A stretch of 64,000 nucleotides of DNA from an uncultured Candidatus Binatia bacterium (GTDB lineage Bacteria; Desulfobacterota; Binatia; UBA9968; JAJDTQ01). Where the stretch lies: positions 2,272,001-2,336,000 of the forward strand of contig OZ243916.1 in NCBI GenBank assembly GCA_965213675.1, read 5' to 3'. Below, piece by piece: positions 1 through 11,135 of the stretch; position 1 is the stretch's first letter; each line of letters opens with the position of its first letter. Both the position numbers and the translations under genes were made by a program. A model generated the notes under the pieces. That model saw only the letters and a list, made by a program, of their open reading frames with translations, was not told the DNA's origin and made no database searches.

Positions 1-59
1 CGCTGCTGGATACCGTGCACCGGAAGTTCGGCGCCCGCATCCGGGGCAGAACCGCTTGA
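1..59 (+). CDS. 3' end of an unidentified upstream CDS (partial)
   Basis: Frame from nt 3 reads LLDTVHRKFGARIRGRTA* with GC-rich codons and stops (TGA 57-59) just before hflX. Confidence 0.4.
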   Translation, partial: LLDTVHRKFGARIRGRTA

Positions 60-62
60 TCC

Positions 63-1382
63 ATGTCGAACGAAGGCAGCGAGGGGATGATCGAGGGAGT
101 CCACGGCCGGCGGGACCCTGTGGGCGGTGAGACCGAGCGCGCGGTGCTGGTGGGCGTGGAGACGCCGGCATCCACGACGGACGTGGCGCTGGAGGACAGC
201 CTTGAAGAGTTGCGCAGCCTCGCGGCCACCGCGGGCGCCCGGGTCGTCGAAGTGTTCCGCCAACACTCGGCACGGGTGCGCAGCGCCACCCTGCTGGGCA
301 CGGGCAAGGTGGAGGAGGTCCGGGAATTCGTCGGCGAGCACCGCCCCGACCTCGTCATCGTCGACAACGACCTGACTCCGGCGCAGCAGCGAAACCTGGA
401 ATCAGCCCTGAACCTCCGGGTGATCGACCGCACGCAACTCATCCTGGACATCTTCGCCCAGCGCGCCCAGAGCCGCGAAGGCAAGCTGCAGGTGGAGCTG
501 GCGCAACTCGAATACCTGCTGCCGCGGCTCACCCGCCTGTGGTCCCACCTGTCCCGGCTCGGCGGCGGCATCGGCACGCGCGGACCGGGCGAGACCCAGC
601 TCGAGGTGGACCGCCGGCGCATCCGCGAGCGCATCCGGCGGCTCAAGCGGCGCTTGGGAGGAGTCGCCAACACCCGTGCGTTGCAGCGCAAGGAACGTGA
701 GTCGGTGCCCTACCCCACGGTGGCGCTGGTGGGCTATACCAACTCCGGCAAGTCCACGCTGATGAACCACCTCACCCGCGCCGGTGTGCTGGCCGAGGAC
801 AAGCTGTTCGCCACCCTCGACCCGCGCACGCGCGCGCTGCGCCTGCCCAACGGCGAGCGCGTGATGCTGGTGGACACGGTGGGTTTCATCAACAAGATCC
901 CCCACGCGCTGGTGGACGCATTCAAGGCCACGCTGGAAGAAGTCCACCAGGCGGACCTGCTGCTGTGCGTGATGGATCCCACGAGCCCCCTCGCGGACCA
1001 GCAACTCGCCATCGTCGACTCCGTGCTCAAGGACATCGGCGCGGCCGAGACCCCGCGGCTCATCGTGCCCAACAAGATCGATGTCGCCGAGCGCGTGCCC
1101 GCCTTCCCCGCCGGCGGCAACGAGGGCGTTTGCCCGATCTCGGCCCGGACCGGCGCCGGCATCGAGCCCCTGCTGGAGCTCATCGGCCGGGTGCTGGACC
1201 GGGGCAAGCAGCGCATCCGGCTCACCCTGCCCCAGTCCGAGAGCGCCATCATTCCCTTTCTCCGGGCACGAGGACGGATACTGGCGGAGGAATACGGCGA
1301 GCGTGACGTGCGCGTCACCGCGCTGGTGAGCGCCAAGGTCTCGGGACAGCTCAAGAAACTCGCCGCGGCTTGGCGGCATTGA
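63..1382 (+). CDS. hflX: GTPase HflX
   Basis: [14 protein letters not shown]1 [19 protein letters not shown] and NKID motifs. Confidence 0.96.
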   Translation: MSNEGSEGMIEGVHGRRDPVGGETERAVLVGVETPASTTDVALEDSLEELRSLAATAGARVVEVFRQHSARVRSATLLGTGKVEEVREFVGEHRPDLVIVDNDLTPAQQRNLESALNLRVIDRTQLILDIFAQRAQSREGKLQVELAQLEYLLPRLTRLWSHLSRLGGGIGTRGPGETQLEVDRRRIRERIRRLKRRLGGVANTRALQRKERESVPYPTVALVGYTNSGKSTLMNHLTRAGVLAEDKLFATLDPRTRALRLPNGERVMLVDTVGFINKIPHALVDAFKATLEEVHQADLLLCVMDPTSPLADQQLAIVDSVLKDIGAAETPRLIVPNKIDVAERVPAFPAGGNEGVCPISARTGAGIEPLLELIGRVLDRGKQRIRLTLPQSESAIIPFLRARGRILAEEYGERDVRVTALVSAKVSGQLKKLAAAWRH

Positions 1383-1408
1383 CAGAAACCCCATTACTTT
1401 GCTAATAA
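1379..1408 (+). promoter_or_regulatory. Putative sigma70 promoter for tRNA-Val
   Basis: TTGACA at 1379-1384 followed by TGC-TAATAA (extended -10-like) in an AT-rich patch upstream of the tRNA. Confidence 0.5.
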
Positions 1409-1434
1409 AATCAAACCTTTGCAGAGGTCCCTGG

Positions 1435-1509
1435 AGGCACGTAGCTCAGTGGGAGAGCGCTTCCTTGACGCGGAAGAGGTCGGCGGTTCAATCCCGCCCG
1501 TGCCTACCA
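1435..1509 (+). tRNA. tRNA-Val(GAC)
   Basis: Cloverleaf: AGGCACG/CGTGCCT acceptor stem, anticodon arm CTTCC-TT-GAC-GC-GGAAG, GGTTCAATCC T-loop, CCA end. Confidence 0.97.
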
Positions 1510-1528
1510 TCTCCCTGACTGTCCACTC

Positions 1529-1667
1529 CCGGTAGCAGCCAGCCCCGGTAGTAGCCAGCCCTTTCCCGCGAGACAGACGACCGTGGGGCAGAGACCCTGG
1601 GACAAGAGACCTTGGGATAATTTACCCTGGGACGCGAGACTTTCCCGCGAGACAGACGACCACGGTC
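1529..1667. repeat. Mosaic of short direct repeats in the thrS leader
   Basis: 16-bp-period tandem (1529-1561); exact 22-bp repeat CTTTCCCGCGAGACAGACGACC at 1561 and 1640; three ACC(C/T)TGGGA units. Confidence 0.7.
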
Positions 1668-1705
1668 CGGAAAAAAGTTACAGACAAGTTTGACAGGCCA
1701 CCGGC

Positions 1706-3631
1706 ATGGAGAAGATTCAAGTCAGCTTGCCCGGGGGTGAGACCCTCCAGGTGAGTCCGGGCACCCAGGCCCGCGATGTCGGCGCGCTGCCGCCGGGCCG
1801 GCGCATCGTGGCGGCCAGCGTCGACGGCAGGGCGGTGGACCTCGCCCGGCCCCTGGCGCAAAGCTGCGACGTCGAATGGATCGCCCTCGACAGCGCCAAG
1901 GGCATCGACATCCTGCGCCACTCCACGGCGCACCTCATGGCACAGGCGGTGCAAAGCCTGTTCCCCGGCACCCAGGTGACCATCGGCCCCACCACCCAGG
2001 ACGGGTTCTACTACGACTTCAAGCGCGACCAACCGTTCACGCTCGAAGAGTTGGAGACAATCGAAAACCGGATGCGTGAGCTGGCGGGGCAGGATCTGCC
2101 CGTCACCCGCCAGGAACTGCCCCGGGACGAGGCCGTCGAGCTTTTCCGCGGGATGGGCGAGAACTACAAGGTGGAGATTATCGCGGGAATCCCCGACGAG
2201 ACGGTATCGCTCTACCGCCAGGGCGACTGGGTCGACCTGTGCCGCGGCCCCCACTTGCCCAGCACCGGCTTCATCCAGGCCTTCAAGCTCACCTCGGTGG
2301 CCGGCGCCTATTGGCGCGGCGACGAGCGCAACGAGATGCTCCAGCGCATTTACGGCACCTCGTTCCCCACGCGCAAGCAGTTGAAGGAGCATTTGGCCCT
2401 GCTGGAGGAGGCGCGCAAGCGCGACCACCGCAAGCTGGGCAAGGAGCTGGACCTCTTCAGCTTCCACCCGTCGGCGCCGGCGAGCCCGTTTTTCCATCCC
2501 AAGGGCGCCTTCGTCTACAACGCCTTGGTGGAGTACATGCGCGACCTTTACCGGCGCTACGGCTACCAGGAGGTGATCACGCCGCAGATCTTCGACGCGG
2601 GGCTGTGGCGCCGTTCCGGGCACTACGAACACTACAAGGACAACATGTACTTCACCCACATCGACGAACGCGAGTTCGGAGTGAAGCCCATGAACTGCCC
2701 GAGCCACACGTTCATCTACGCTTCGAGGAAGCGCTCGTATCGCGACCTGCCCATCCGGCTGGCCGACTTCGGGCGGCTGCACCGCTACGAGAAATCCGGC
2801 GTCACCGCGGGGCTCACCCGGGTACGCAGCTTCTCGCAGGACGACGCCCACATCTTCTGTGCCCCGGCGCAAATCGAGAGCGAGATCGCCTCGCTGCTTG
2901 ACATGCTCCGCGAGGTATATCATAGGTTCAAGTTCCAGGATCTGGAGGTCTACCTCTCCACCAGGCCGGATCAGTACCTGGGCGCTCTGGAGACTTGGGA
3001 ACGTGCCGAAGCGGCCTTGGCCGCATCATTGGAGACGCGGAACGTAGACTATGAGATCAGCAAGGGCGACGGTGCCTTCTACGGTCCGAAGATCGATTTC
3101 GTCGTCAAGGACGCGATGAAGCGCGGCTGGCAGCTAGGCACGGTCCAGCTCGATTTCTCCATGCCCGAACGATTCGACCTCGGCTTCGTCTCGGCCTCCG
3201 GGACGGAAGAACGGCCCGTCATGATCCACCGGGCCATTCTCGGCTCCATTGAACGCTTCATGGCCGTGTTGATCGAGCACACGGGCGGTGCGTTTCCGTT
3301 GTGGCTGGCGCCGGAGCAGGCGCGCCTCGTCACGGTGACGGATGAGCAGAAGCCGTACGCCGCCGGCGTGTGCGGCCGCTTGCGCGACCAGGGCTGGCGC
3401 GTGGAGTTGGACGAACGCAACGAGAAGCTTGGATTCAAGATCCGCGAGGCCCAAGTGGCCAAGATCCCCTACGCGCTGGTCATCGGCGGCAAGGAAGTGC
3501 AGAACGGCACCTTGTCCGCGCGGAAACGGGGCGGTGAAAACCTTCCACCGATGTCGGTGGAAGCCTTCGCCGAACGGCTCCGGGAAGATCTGCGCCAGGA
3601 GACGGAGCCCGGTCCAATGACGGTCCAATGA
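1706..3631 (+). CDS. thrS: Threonyl-tRNA synthetase
   Basis: TGS domain, RHSTAH, DLCRGPH, KPMNCP, GAFYGPKID, HRAILGSIERF. Confidence 0.98.
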   Translation: MEKIQVSLPGGETLQVSPGTQARDVGALPPGRRIVAASVDGRAVDLARPLAQSCDVEWIALDSAKGIDILRHSTAHLMAQAVQSLFPGTQVTIGPTTQDGFYYDFKRDQPFTLEELETIENRMRELAGQDLPVTRQELPRDEAVELFRGMGENYKVEIIAGIPDETVSLYRQGDWVDLCRGPHLPSTGFIQAFKLTSVAGAYWRGDERNEMLQRIYGTSFPTRKQLKEHLALLEEARKRDHRKLGKELDLFSFHPSAPASPFFHPKGAFVYNALVEYMRDLYRRYGYQEVITPQIFDAGLWRRSGHYEHYKDNMYFTHIDEREFGVKPMNCPSHTFIYASRKRSYRDLPIRLADFGRLHRYEKSGVTAGLTRVRSFSQDDAHIFCAPAQIESEIASLLDMLREVYHRFKFQDLEVYLSTRPDQYLGALETWERAEAALAASLETRNVDYEISKGDGAFYGPKIDFVVKDAMKRGWQLGTVQLDFSMPERFDLGFVSASGTEERPVMIHRAILGSIERFMAVLIEHTGGAFPLWLAPEQARLVTVTDEQKPYAAGVCGRLRDQGWRVELDERNEKLGFKIREAQVAKIPYALVIGGKEVQNGTLSARKRGGENLPPMSVEAFAERLREDLRQETEPGPMTVQ

Positions 3632-3665
3632 ATATGGCAGTGCACAGCCATGCAGGAGGTGCGTT

Positions 3666-4181
3666 ATAGCGCGGCCTACAAGAATCAACCAGCAGATCCG
3701 GGCTCGCGAGGTCCGCGTCATCGACGCCGACAGCGAACAGCTCGGCGTCATGCCGTTGCACGAGGCCTTGGGCATCGCCGAGCAACGGGAGCTGGACTTG
3801 GTAGAGGTGGCACCGGACGCACAGCCTCCGGTATGTCGCCTGCTGGACTACGGAAAGTTTCGCTACCTGGAGAAGAAGAAGACGCAGGAAGCGAAACGCA
3901 AAGCCACCTTTGTCGCCGTCAAGGAAGTCAAGATGGGCGCCCGGACCAACGTGCACGACCTGGAGTTCAAGGTGCGCAACATCCGGCGCTTCCTCGAAAA
4001 GGGGCAACGGGTCAAGGTGTCGGTCTTCTTCCGTGGCCGTGAGATCACGCACCCGGAGTTGGGCCGGGCGATGCTCAACGGGGTCTTCGACGAGGTTCAG
4101 GACATGGCCAAGCTGGACGTGTCGCCCAAGCTCGAGGGACGCAGCATGGCCATGCTGTTGACGCCGAAGACGAGCGCATAG
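3666..4181 (+). CDS. infC: Translation initiation factor IF-3 (non-canonical ATA start)
   Basis: GGAGGT SD at 3655-3660, then ATA 3666 in frame: [20 protein letters not shown]...; [23 protein letters not shown]. Confidence 0.93.
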   Translation: MARPTRINQQIRAREVRVIDADSEQLGVMPLHEALGIAEQRELDLVEVAPDAQPPVCRLLDYGKFRYLEKKKTQEAKRKATFVAVKEVKMGARTNVHDLEFKVRNIRRFLEKGQRVKVSVFFRGREITHPELGRAMLNGVFDEVQDMAKLDVSPKLEGRSMAMLLTPKTSA

Positions 4182-4219
4182 AGAAGTTACCGGAACCGAA
4201 CGGGACGGGGAAACCAGGG

Positions 4220-4417
4220 ATGCCGAAGATAAAGACGAACAGGGGAGCCGCCAAGCGGTTCAAGATCAGCAAGAGCGGCAAGATCATGCGGCGGCGCGGC
4301 TTCAAGAGCCACATCCTGTCCACCAAGAGCCGCAAGCGGAAACGCCGCCTGAGACAGGCCGCTTCGGTGTCGAGCTACGAAACCACGAGCATGCGGCGCC
4401 TCATTCCGTATCTGTAG
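4220..4417 (+). CDS. rpmI: 50S ribosomal protein L35
   Basis: [28 protein letters not shown]; position after infC. Confidence 0.97.
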   Translation: MPKIKTNRGAAKRFKISKSGKIMRRRGFKSHILSTKSRKRKRRLRQAASVSSYETTSMRRLIPYL

Positions 4418-4545
4418 GAGCGGCTCGCTCCCGTATACGGGCGGGCACCGGCATCCATCGGCATACCATTCACTGATACGAGGCGCGGGCGGGCGACGGT
4501 TGCCCGGATGCGCCTCCGTTGACGTTCGTTCAAGGAGCACACGCG

Positions 4546-5013
4546 ATGCCCAGAGTCAAGGGCGGACCGGCCTCACGCCGGCGCCGCAGAAAGATCATGA
4601 AGCTGGCCAAGGGGTACGTCGGCGGGCGCCGGCGGCTCTACCGCACCGCCAGGGAAACCGTGGAGCGCGGGTTGGCCTATGCCTACCGGGACCGGCGTGT
4701 GCGCAAACGCACGTTCCGGGGCCTGTGGAACATCCGCATCAGCGCCGGCGCGCGGGTCAACGGATTGTCCTACAGCCGTCTGATCCACGGCCTCAAGCTT
4801 GCCGGAGTGACCCTGGACAGGAAAATCCTGGCGGATCTCGCGGCCACCGACGCCCACGTGTTCGACCAACTCGCCCAGCGCGCCAAACATGCCCTCGATC
4901 CGGATCGGGAAGCAGCCGTCGCTTCCGATCAGGAGAACGCTCCCGACGCCCCGGAACCCGACCCTGAGCGGGAGTCCACGGCGGACGCCGGCGGGGAGGC
5001 TCCCGAAGCCTGA
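4546..5013 (+). CDS. rplT: 50S ribosomal protein L20 with acidic C-terminal extension
   Basis: AAGGAG RBS; [34 protein letters not shown]. Confidence 0.96.
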   Translation: MPRVKGGPASRRRRRKIMKLAKGYVGGRRRLYRTARETVERGLAYAYRDRRVRKRTFRGLWNIRISAGARVNGLSYSRLIHGLKLAGVTLDRKILADLAATDAHVFDQLAQRAKHALDPDREAAVASDQENAPDAPEPDPERESTADAGGEAPEA

Positions 5014-5027
5014 GCCCCGGGTCCGTC

Positions 5028-6059
<1,032 letters not shown>

Positions 6060-6150
6060 GAGTGTCGCGCCGTGGCACGAGGACGCGCGGGCTTGTCATT
6101 CGCGCCTCGCGCCTCGCATCGTGCCGGCGCGGGCCCCCGATTCCAAGATC

Positions 6151-8559
6151 ATGAAGCTGACCTACAACTGGCTGATGGAGATGGTGGAGTTGCCTGCGGA
6201 TGCGGCTTCCCTCGGACCTGACGAAGTGGCCGGCCGTCTGACGCAGGCGGGCCTTGAGGTGGAAGCGGTCAGGCCGCTTGCCACCGACCTGGGGGCTGTC
6301 ATCGTCGAGATCAAGCAGGTCGAACCTCACCCCAACGCCGACCGGCTCTTGGTGTGCGAGGTCCATGCCGGCGGCGCGCCGCTTCACGTGGTGTGCGGCG
6401 CGCCCAATGTCCGCCCGGGCATGAAGTCCGCGTTCCTGCGCGCCGGCTCGGTATTGCCGTCGGGCCAGGCCATCGAGCGGCGCGCCATCCGCGGCGTTGC
6501 CTCCGAGGGAATGCTCTGCTCCGAGCGGGAGTTGGGGTTTTCCGACGACCACCAGGGCATCATGGATTTGCCCGCGGATGCGCCCGAGGGTGAGCCGGTG
6601 CGCGCGTACCTGGGGCTGGACGACTGGATGCTGGAGGTGGGCGTGACGCCCAATCGCGGCGACTGCCTGAGCATCCTGGGAATGGCGCGGGAAATCGCCG
6701 CCCTCACCGGCGGCCGGGTCAGGACTCCGGTCATTCCCGATCATCTGCGCGGGCACCCGGCGGAGTTGCCGGTGGCGGTGGAGATCGTCGATCCGGCTCG
6801 GTGTCCGCGCTATTCGGCCCGTCTCATCGAGGGCCTGCGGCCCGCGCCGTCGCCGCCGTGGCTGCGTTTCCGGTTGGAGGCCTGCGGCATCCGTTCCATC
6901 AACCACATCGTCGACGTCACCAACTACGTGATGCTGGAGACCGGCCAGCCGCTCCATGCCTTCGACGCGCGGCAGATCGCCAGCCGGCGGATCGTGGTGC
7001 GCACCGCTGGCCCGGCGCGCACGCTCACGACCCTGGACGGCTCCGAGCGAACGCTCCATCCCGACGATCTGCTCATCTGCGACGGGGACACCCCCGCCGC
7101 CCTGGCCGGTGTCATGGGTGGCGCAGGCTCGGAGGTCACCGAGGAGACCGAGTCGGTGCTGCTGGAAAGCGCCCACTTCGACCCACTGACCATCCGGCGC
7201 ACGGCCAAGCGCATGGGCATGCACACCGAGGCGTCCCATCGCTTCGAGCGCGGCGTGGACCCGGAAGGGACGCGGCGCGCCATGGACCGGGCGGTGGCGC
7301 TGTGGGAAGCCATGGGCGAGGCGCGGGTGGCGCCGGGGTACGCCGACGTGTATCCAGGGGCGCGGGCGCCGGCGGTGATCACGCTGCGTCATGCCAGCGT
7401 CGGGCGCGCCCTGGGGATGGAGCTGGCGCCGGAGCGCATCCGCGCCATCCTCGAGTCTCTCGGCATCAAGATCCACAGCGCCACGGCCGGCGCCCTGGAG
7501 GTGTCCGCACCCTCCTTTCGCTTCGACCTGACGCGGGAAGCCGACCTCGTGGAGGAACTGGCGCGCATCCACGGGTACGACAAGATGCCCGCAACGCTGC
7601 CCGCGGTGCGCATGGACGCGGGAGCGGACGACCCGTTGCTGCGCCTGATGCGCAAGACCCGAACGCTGCTCACCACCCAGGGGCTGAGCGAGGTGGTGAC
7701 CCTGCCCTTCTGCGCGCCGCGGATGAACGAAACGTTCACCGGCCTCTGGGACGGCGACGGCAGACCCGTGCGCATTGCCAATCCGTTGCGCCAGGAAACC
7801 GACGAGATGCGCCTCAGCCTGCTGCCAGGGCTGATCGGCAACCTGCGCGCCCATGCCGAACGCCGGAGCCAGAGCTCCATGATCTTCGAATTGAGCAAGG
7901 TATTCTCCCGCGGGCGTGACGGCGGCTACGCCGAGCGTTTGAACGTGGCCGGGCTCATACGCGGCCACCGGCCGCGACGCGGGCTCAGGGCGGAAAGCCC
8001 GGAGTTCGCGTTCGCCGACGCGAAGGGAATCGTCGAGGACCTGATCGAAGGCACCGGTGGCGCGGGTATTCGCTGGGGGGCCGCGGAACCACCGGCGAGC
8101 CTGCACCCGGAACGGTTCGCCAAGGTCATTGCGGAAGACATCCGCCTGGGTCACGTTGGGGAGCTAAGTCCGCGAGTTCGCGAGGAATTGGACCTGCCTC
8201 CCTGCTTCCTCTTCGAACTTGACTTCGCCCCGATGGTTCACTATGCTCGTGCGGATTTTCGCGTGAGGCCCATCCCTCGGTTTCCTTCGGTGGAGCGCGA
8301 CCTCGCCATCGTCGTGACTCGGAACTTTCCAAGTCAGACCGTGATCGACTGGGTCCACGGGCTGGCTCAGAAGCTCATCGAACGCGTGGAGGTGTTCGAC
8401 GAATACACGGGCGCGCCCATCGAAGAGGGCAGGAAGAGCTTGGCATACAAGGTCTTCTACCGGTCCGCAGAGAGAACCCTGACGGACGAGGAGGTCAACG
8501 GCGTGCACGAGGACCTCACCCGGACGCTGTGTTCCGAATTCGACGCCACGTTGCGCTGA
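6151..8559 (+). CDS. pheT: Phenylalanyl-tRNA synthetase beta subunit
   Basis: MKLTYNWL start; HPNADRL, VCGAPNV, TPNRGDCLS, RFERGVD, FDX-ACB C-terminus. Confidence 0.97.
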   Translation: MKLTYNWLMEMVELPADAASLGPDEVAGRLTQAGLEVEAVRPLATDLGAVIVEIKQVEPHPNADRLLVCEVHAGGAPLHVVCGAPNVRPGMKSAFLRAGSVLPSGQAIERRAIRGVASEGMLCSERELGFSDDHQGIMDLPADAPEGEPVRAYLGLDDWMLEVGVTPNRGDCLSILGMAREIAALTGGRVRTPVIPDHLRGHPAELPVAVEIVDPARCPRYSARLIEGLRPAPSPPWLRFRLEACGIRSINHIVDVTNYVMLETGQPLHAFDARQIASRRIVVRTAGPARTLTTLDGSERTLHPDDLLICDGDTPAALAGVMGGAGSEVTEETESVLLESAHFDPLTIRRTAKRMGMHTEASHRFERGVDPEGTRRAMDRAVALWEAMGEARVAPGYADVYPGARAPAVITLRHASVGRALGMELAPERIRAILESLGIKIHSATAGALEVSAPSFRFDLTREADLVEELARIHGYDKMPATLPAVRMDAGADDPLLRLMRKTRTLLTTQGLSEVVTLPFCAPRMNETFTGLWDGDGRPVRIANPLRQETDEMRLSLLPGLIGNLRAHAERRSQSSMIFELSKVFSRGRDGGYAERLNVAGLIRGHRPRRGLRAESPEFAFADAKGIVEDLIEGTGGAGIRWGAAEPPASLHPERFAKVIAEDIRLGHVGELSPRVREELDLPPCFLFELDFAPMVHYARADFRVRPIPRFPSVERDLAIVVTRNFPSQTVIDWVHGLAQKLIERVEVFDEYTGAPIEEGRKSLAYKVFYRSAERTLTDEEVNGVHEDLTRTLCSEFDATLR

Positions 8560-8593
8560 ACTGCTGACCCGCTCCGGCCGGCAGAGGATAGGG

Positions 8594-8911
8594 ATGACCA
8601 AGGCGGATATCATCAACCGGATTTACGAGAAGGTGGGTTTCTCCAAGAAGGAGGCCACCGATGTCGTCGAGGCCACGTTCGAAGTCATCAAGTCCCGGCT
8701 CGAGAAAGGGGACAAGGTCAAGATCTCCGGCTTCGGGAACTTCGTCATCCACGGCAAACAGCCGCGCAAGGGCCGCAACCCCCAGACCGGCGAGGAGATC
8801 ACCATCGCGGGCCGCCGGGTGCTCACCTTCAAACCCAGTCAGACCCTGAAGAAGAACATGAACACCGTTGCCGGCGACGACCCAGACCCGGACGACTCCA
8901 CCTGTTCGTGA
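8594..8911 (+). CDS. ihfA: Integration host factor alpha subunit
   Basis: MTKADI, VKISGFGNF, GRNPQTGEEI; canonical position after pheT. Confidence 0.93.
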   Translation: MTKADIINRIYEKVGFSKKEATDVVEATFEVIKSRLEKGDKVKISGFGNFVIHGKQPRKGRNPQTGEEITIAGRRVLTFKPSQTLKKNMNTVAGDDPDPDDSTCS

Positions 8912-8925
8912 TATGATCCGGTGTG

Positions 8926-9267
8926 ATGGCCGTCTTGATCCCGGACAAGCACTACTTCAAGATCGGCGAGGTCAGTTCCCTGCTGGACCTCAAGCCGTAC
9001 GTGTTGCGCTATTGGGAAACCGAGTTCGACATCCTGAATCCCACCAAGGCGAAGTCCCGTCATCGTCTTTACCGGCGCAAGGACGTGGAATTGCTGCTGG
9101 AGATCAAGCGGCTCCTGCACGGCGAAGGCTACACCATCGAAGGCGCGCGCAAGAAACTCGGGCAGCGCGAAGGCGGCGAGCGCCAGCCAGAGCCGAACCC
9201 CGGCCAGAGACAGCAGCTTCTCCAGATCCGCGACGAACTCGTTTCACTCCGAGACATGATTTCCTGA
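8926..9267 (+). CDS. MerR-family HTH regulator (ihfA-linked)
   Basis: YFKIGEVS, VLRYWETEF, GYTIEGA; conserved ihfA-merR-tRNA-Pro synteny. Confidence 0.9.
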   Translation: MAVLIPDKHYFKIGEVSSLLDLKPYVLRYWETEFDILNPTKAKSRHRLYRRKDVELLLEIKRLLHGEGYTIEGARKKLGQREGGERQPEPNPGQRQQLLQIRDELVSLRDMIS

Positions 9268-9363
9268 GGGCCGTCCGTGGCCCATTCCCTCGACGCCAGT
9301 GTCCTGATGAACCGTAGAATTGACCCGTTGACGCTTCAATGTTAAGAAAACTCGCAGCCGTGT

Positions 9364-9440
9364 CGGGGCGTAGCGCAGCCTGGTAGCGCACACGCTTGGG
9401 GTGCGTGTGGTCGCTGGTTCAAATCCAGTCGCCCCGACCA
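9364..9440 (+). tRNA. tRNA-Pro(GGG)
   Basis: CGGGGCG/CGCCCCG acceptor stem, CACGC-TT-GGG-GT-GCGTG anticodon arm, GGTTCAAATCC, CCA. Confidence 0.97.
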
Positions 9441-9496
9441 TCCTTTCCGGGAACCTTGCAACCCGTGCCTTCACTTCAGTTCGATCCATGCGCTCA

Positions 9497-10168
9497 ATGG
9501 CCTTGAGTTCCAACAACCGTAGCGTCACCGCACTGGAGGGCGCCAGGGAGCGGATGGTACAGACCCAACTGCTTGACCGCGGCGTGAAGGACCCGCGCGT
9601 GATCCACGCCATGCGCAAGGTGCCGCGCCACTTGTTTGTGGAGCCGGCACTGGTGAACCGGGCCTACGACGACGACCCCTTGCCCATCGGCGCCAAACAG
9701 ACCATCTCGCAGCCCTATATCGTCGGGTACATGCTGCAGGCATTGAGTCTCAAGGGCACCGAGCGCGTCCTGGAGATCGGCACGGGATCAGCGTACCAGA
9801 CCGCCCTGCTGGCGGAGTTGTGCGCCAACGTGTTCTCCGTGGAGAAGCTGCGCGGCCTGGCAGTGCAGGGTCGCGCCGTGCTCGACGAGCTACGGTACTA
9901 CAACGTGGCCATCCACGTGGGCGACGGCACCCTCGGATGGTCCGAGCACGCCCCCTACGATGCCATCGTGGTAGCCGCGGGCGCACCCCGTGTGCCGGAG
10001 CCACTGGCCCAGCAACTCGCGTCCAGCGGCCGGCTCATTATTCCCATCGGCAGCCAAGCCTCCCAGGTCCTGAGGCTCGCAAGCCGCACGCCCAGCGGGC
10101 TCGACGAGAAGAGCCTTGGCGAGTGTCGCTTCGTCAAGCTTCTCGGGAAGTACGGCTGGCCTGGTTAG
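9497..10168 (+). CDS. pcm: Protein-L-isoaspartate O-methyltransferase
   Basis: VPRHLFV, QTISQPY, VLEIGTGSAY, GDGTLGW, APYDAI; start uncertain (9488/9497). Confidence 0.93.
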   Translation: MALSSNNRSVTALEGARERMVQTQLLDRGVKDPRVIHAMRKVPRHLFVEPALVNRAYDDDPLPIGAKQTISQPYIVGYMLQALSLKGTERVLEIGTGSAYQTALLAELCANVFSVEKLRGLAVQGRAVLDELRYYNVAIHVGDGTLGWSEHAPYDAIVVAAGAPRVPEPLAQQLASSGRLIIPIGSQASQVLRLASRTPSGLDEKSLGECRFVKLLGKYGWPG

Positions 10169-10195
10169 CGCGACGTGTTTGAAGTTCGTGTGCGA

Positions 10196-11116
10196 ATGTT
10201 CGTAGACGACTCCGCTGGTTCCTGCCGCGCTCGTATCCGGGGCGCCGGCGCACTTCTTTGCCTCTACGCCATCCTGGCGGTCACGGGTTGCGCCTATTTC
10301 GACAAACCGGCCGGCGACCGCGGCGCTTACGGCAACCGTGCCGGGAACCTGCACGGTGCGGGGCGGACGCCACGCACCGGCGTCTTCCATGTCGTGAAAA
10401 AGGGCGAGAATCTCTACCGCATCGGCAAGGCCTACGGCGTGGACCACAAGACGCTGGCGCGCATCAACCACGTCACGGACACGCGCGACATCCAGATCGG
10501 GAGGCGGCTGTTCATCCCCGGCGCCCACCGGCTGCTGCCGGTGAAGATCATTACGCCCATCAAGGAGGCCGCTCCCGCCAGGGCCGCGGCGGCTCGGACG
10601 GCCGCCCCCTCCCAACCGGCGAGACCGGGCACGGCTCAGGCCATGGCCGTTCCGGCCAAGCCGTCTCACGCCCCGGCGGTTCGCCCGAAGGCCCAGCGAC
10701 CCAAGGCCGCCCCCACCACAGCGCGCCAACCGTCGAGGGCGTCCAGCCGGCAAGGCTTCGCGTGGCCCGTCAAGGGCAGGGTCACCGGCAAGTTCGATTC
10801 ACGACCCGACAGTCTCAACGACGGCATCAACATCGCCGCGCCACCGGGAACGCCGGTGCGAGCGACGCTGGCGGGACGAGTGATCTACAGCGACCAGTTG
10901 CGCGGCTACGGCAACCTGATCATCGTGCGTCACCCACGCGGCTACGCGTCGGTCTACGCTCACAACCGGAAAAACCTCGTGCGACAGGGCCAGAAGGTGA
11001 ACCGGCGGCAGGTCATCGCCGAGGTGGGCGCCACCGGCCGGGCCGCCACGTCCTACCTCCACTTCGAGATCCGCAGGAACAACGTGGCGCGGGACCCGCT
11101 TCCCTATTTGCCGTGA
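10196..11116 (+). CDS. LysM/M23 lipoprotein (NlpD-like)
   Basis: Lipobox-like AVTGC, LysM (HVVKKGENLYRI), Pro/Ala linker, M23 (WPVKG, GYGNLIIVRH, YAHN, LHFEIR); follows pcm. Confidence 0.9.
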   Translation: MFVDDSAGSCRARIRGAGALLCLYAILAVTGCAYFDKPAGDRGAYGNRAGNLHGAGRTPRTGVFHVVKKGENLYRIGKAYGVDHKTLARINHVTDTRDIQIGRRLFIPGAHRLLPVKIITPIKEAAPARAAAARTAAPSQPARPGTAQAMAVPAKPSHAPAVRPKAQRPKAAPTTARQPSRASSRQGFAWPVKGRVTGKFDSRPDSLNDGINIAAPPGTPVRATLAGRVIYSDQLRGYGNLIIVRHPRGYASVYAHNRKNLVRQGQKVNRRQVIAEVGATGRAATSYLHFEIRRNNVARDPLPYLP

Positions 11117-11135
11117 CTGTGCTAGCCAAACCCGC

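Noticed and set aside
1529-1667. Possible CRISPR array
   Set aside because: Only two copies of the 22-bp repeat, no regular repeat-spacer periodicity and no cas genes in the window.
9401-9496. Longer N-termini given by the ORF track for pcm (also thiC 11788, hisG 19132, P450 38590, cofG 52624, bioD 60276)
   Set aside because: These extensions overlap tRNAs or neighbouring genes, or lack homologous sequence; downstream starts with RBS or coupling fit better.
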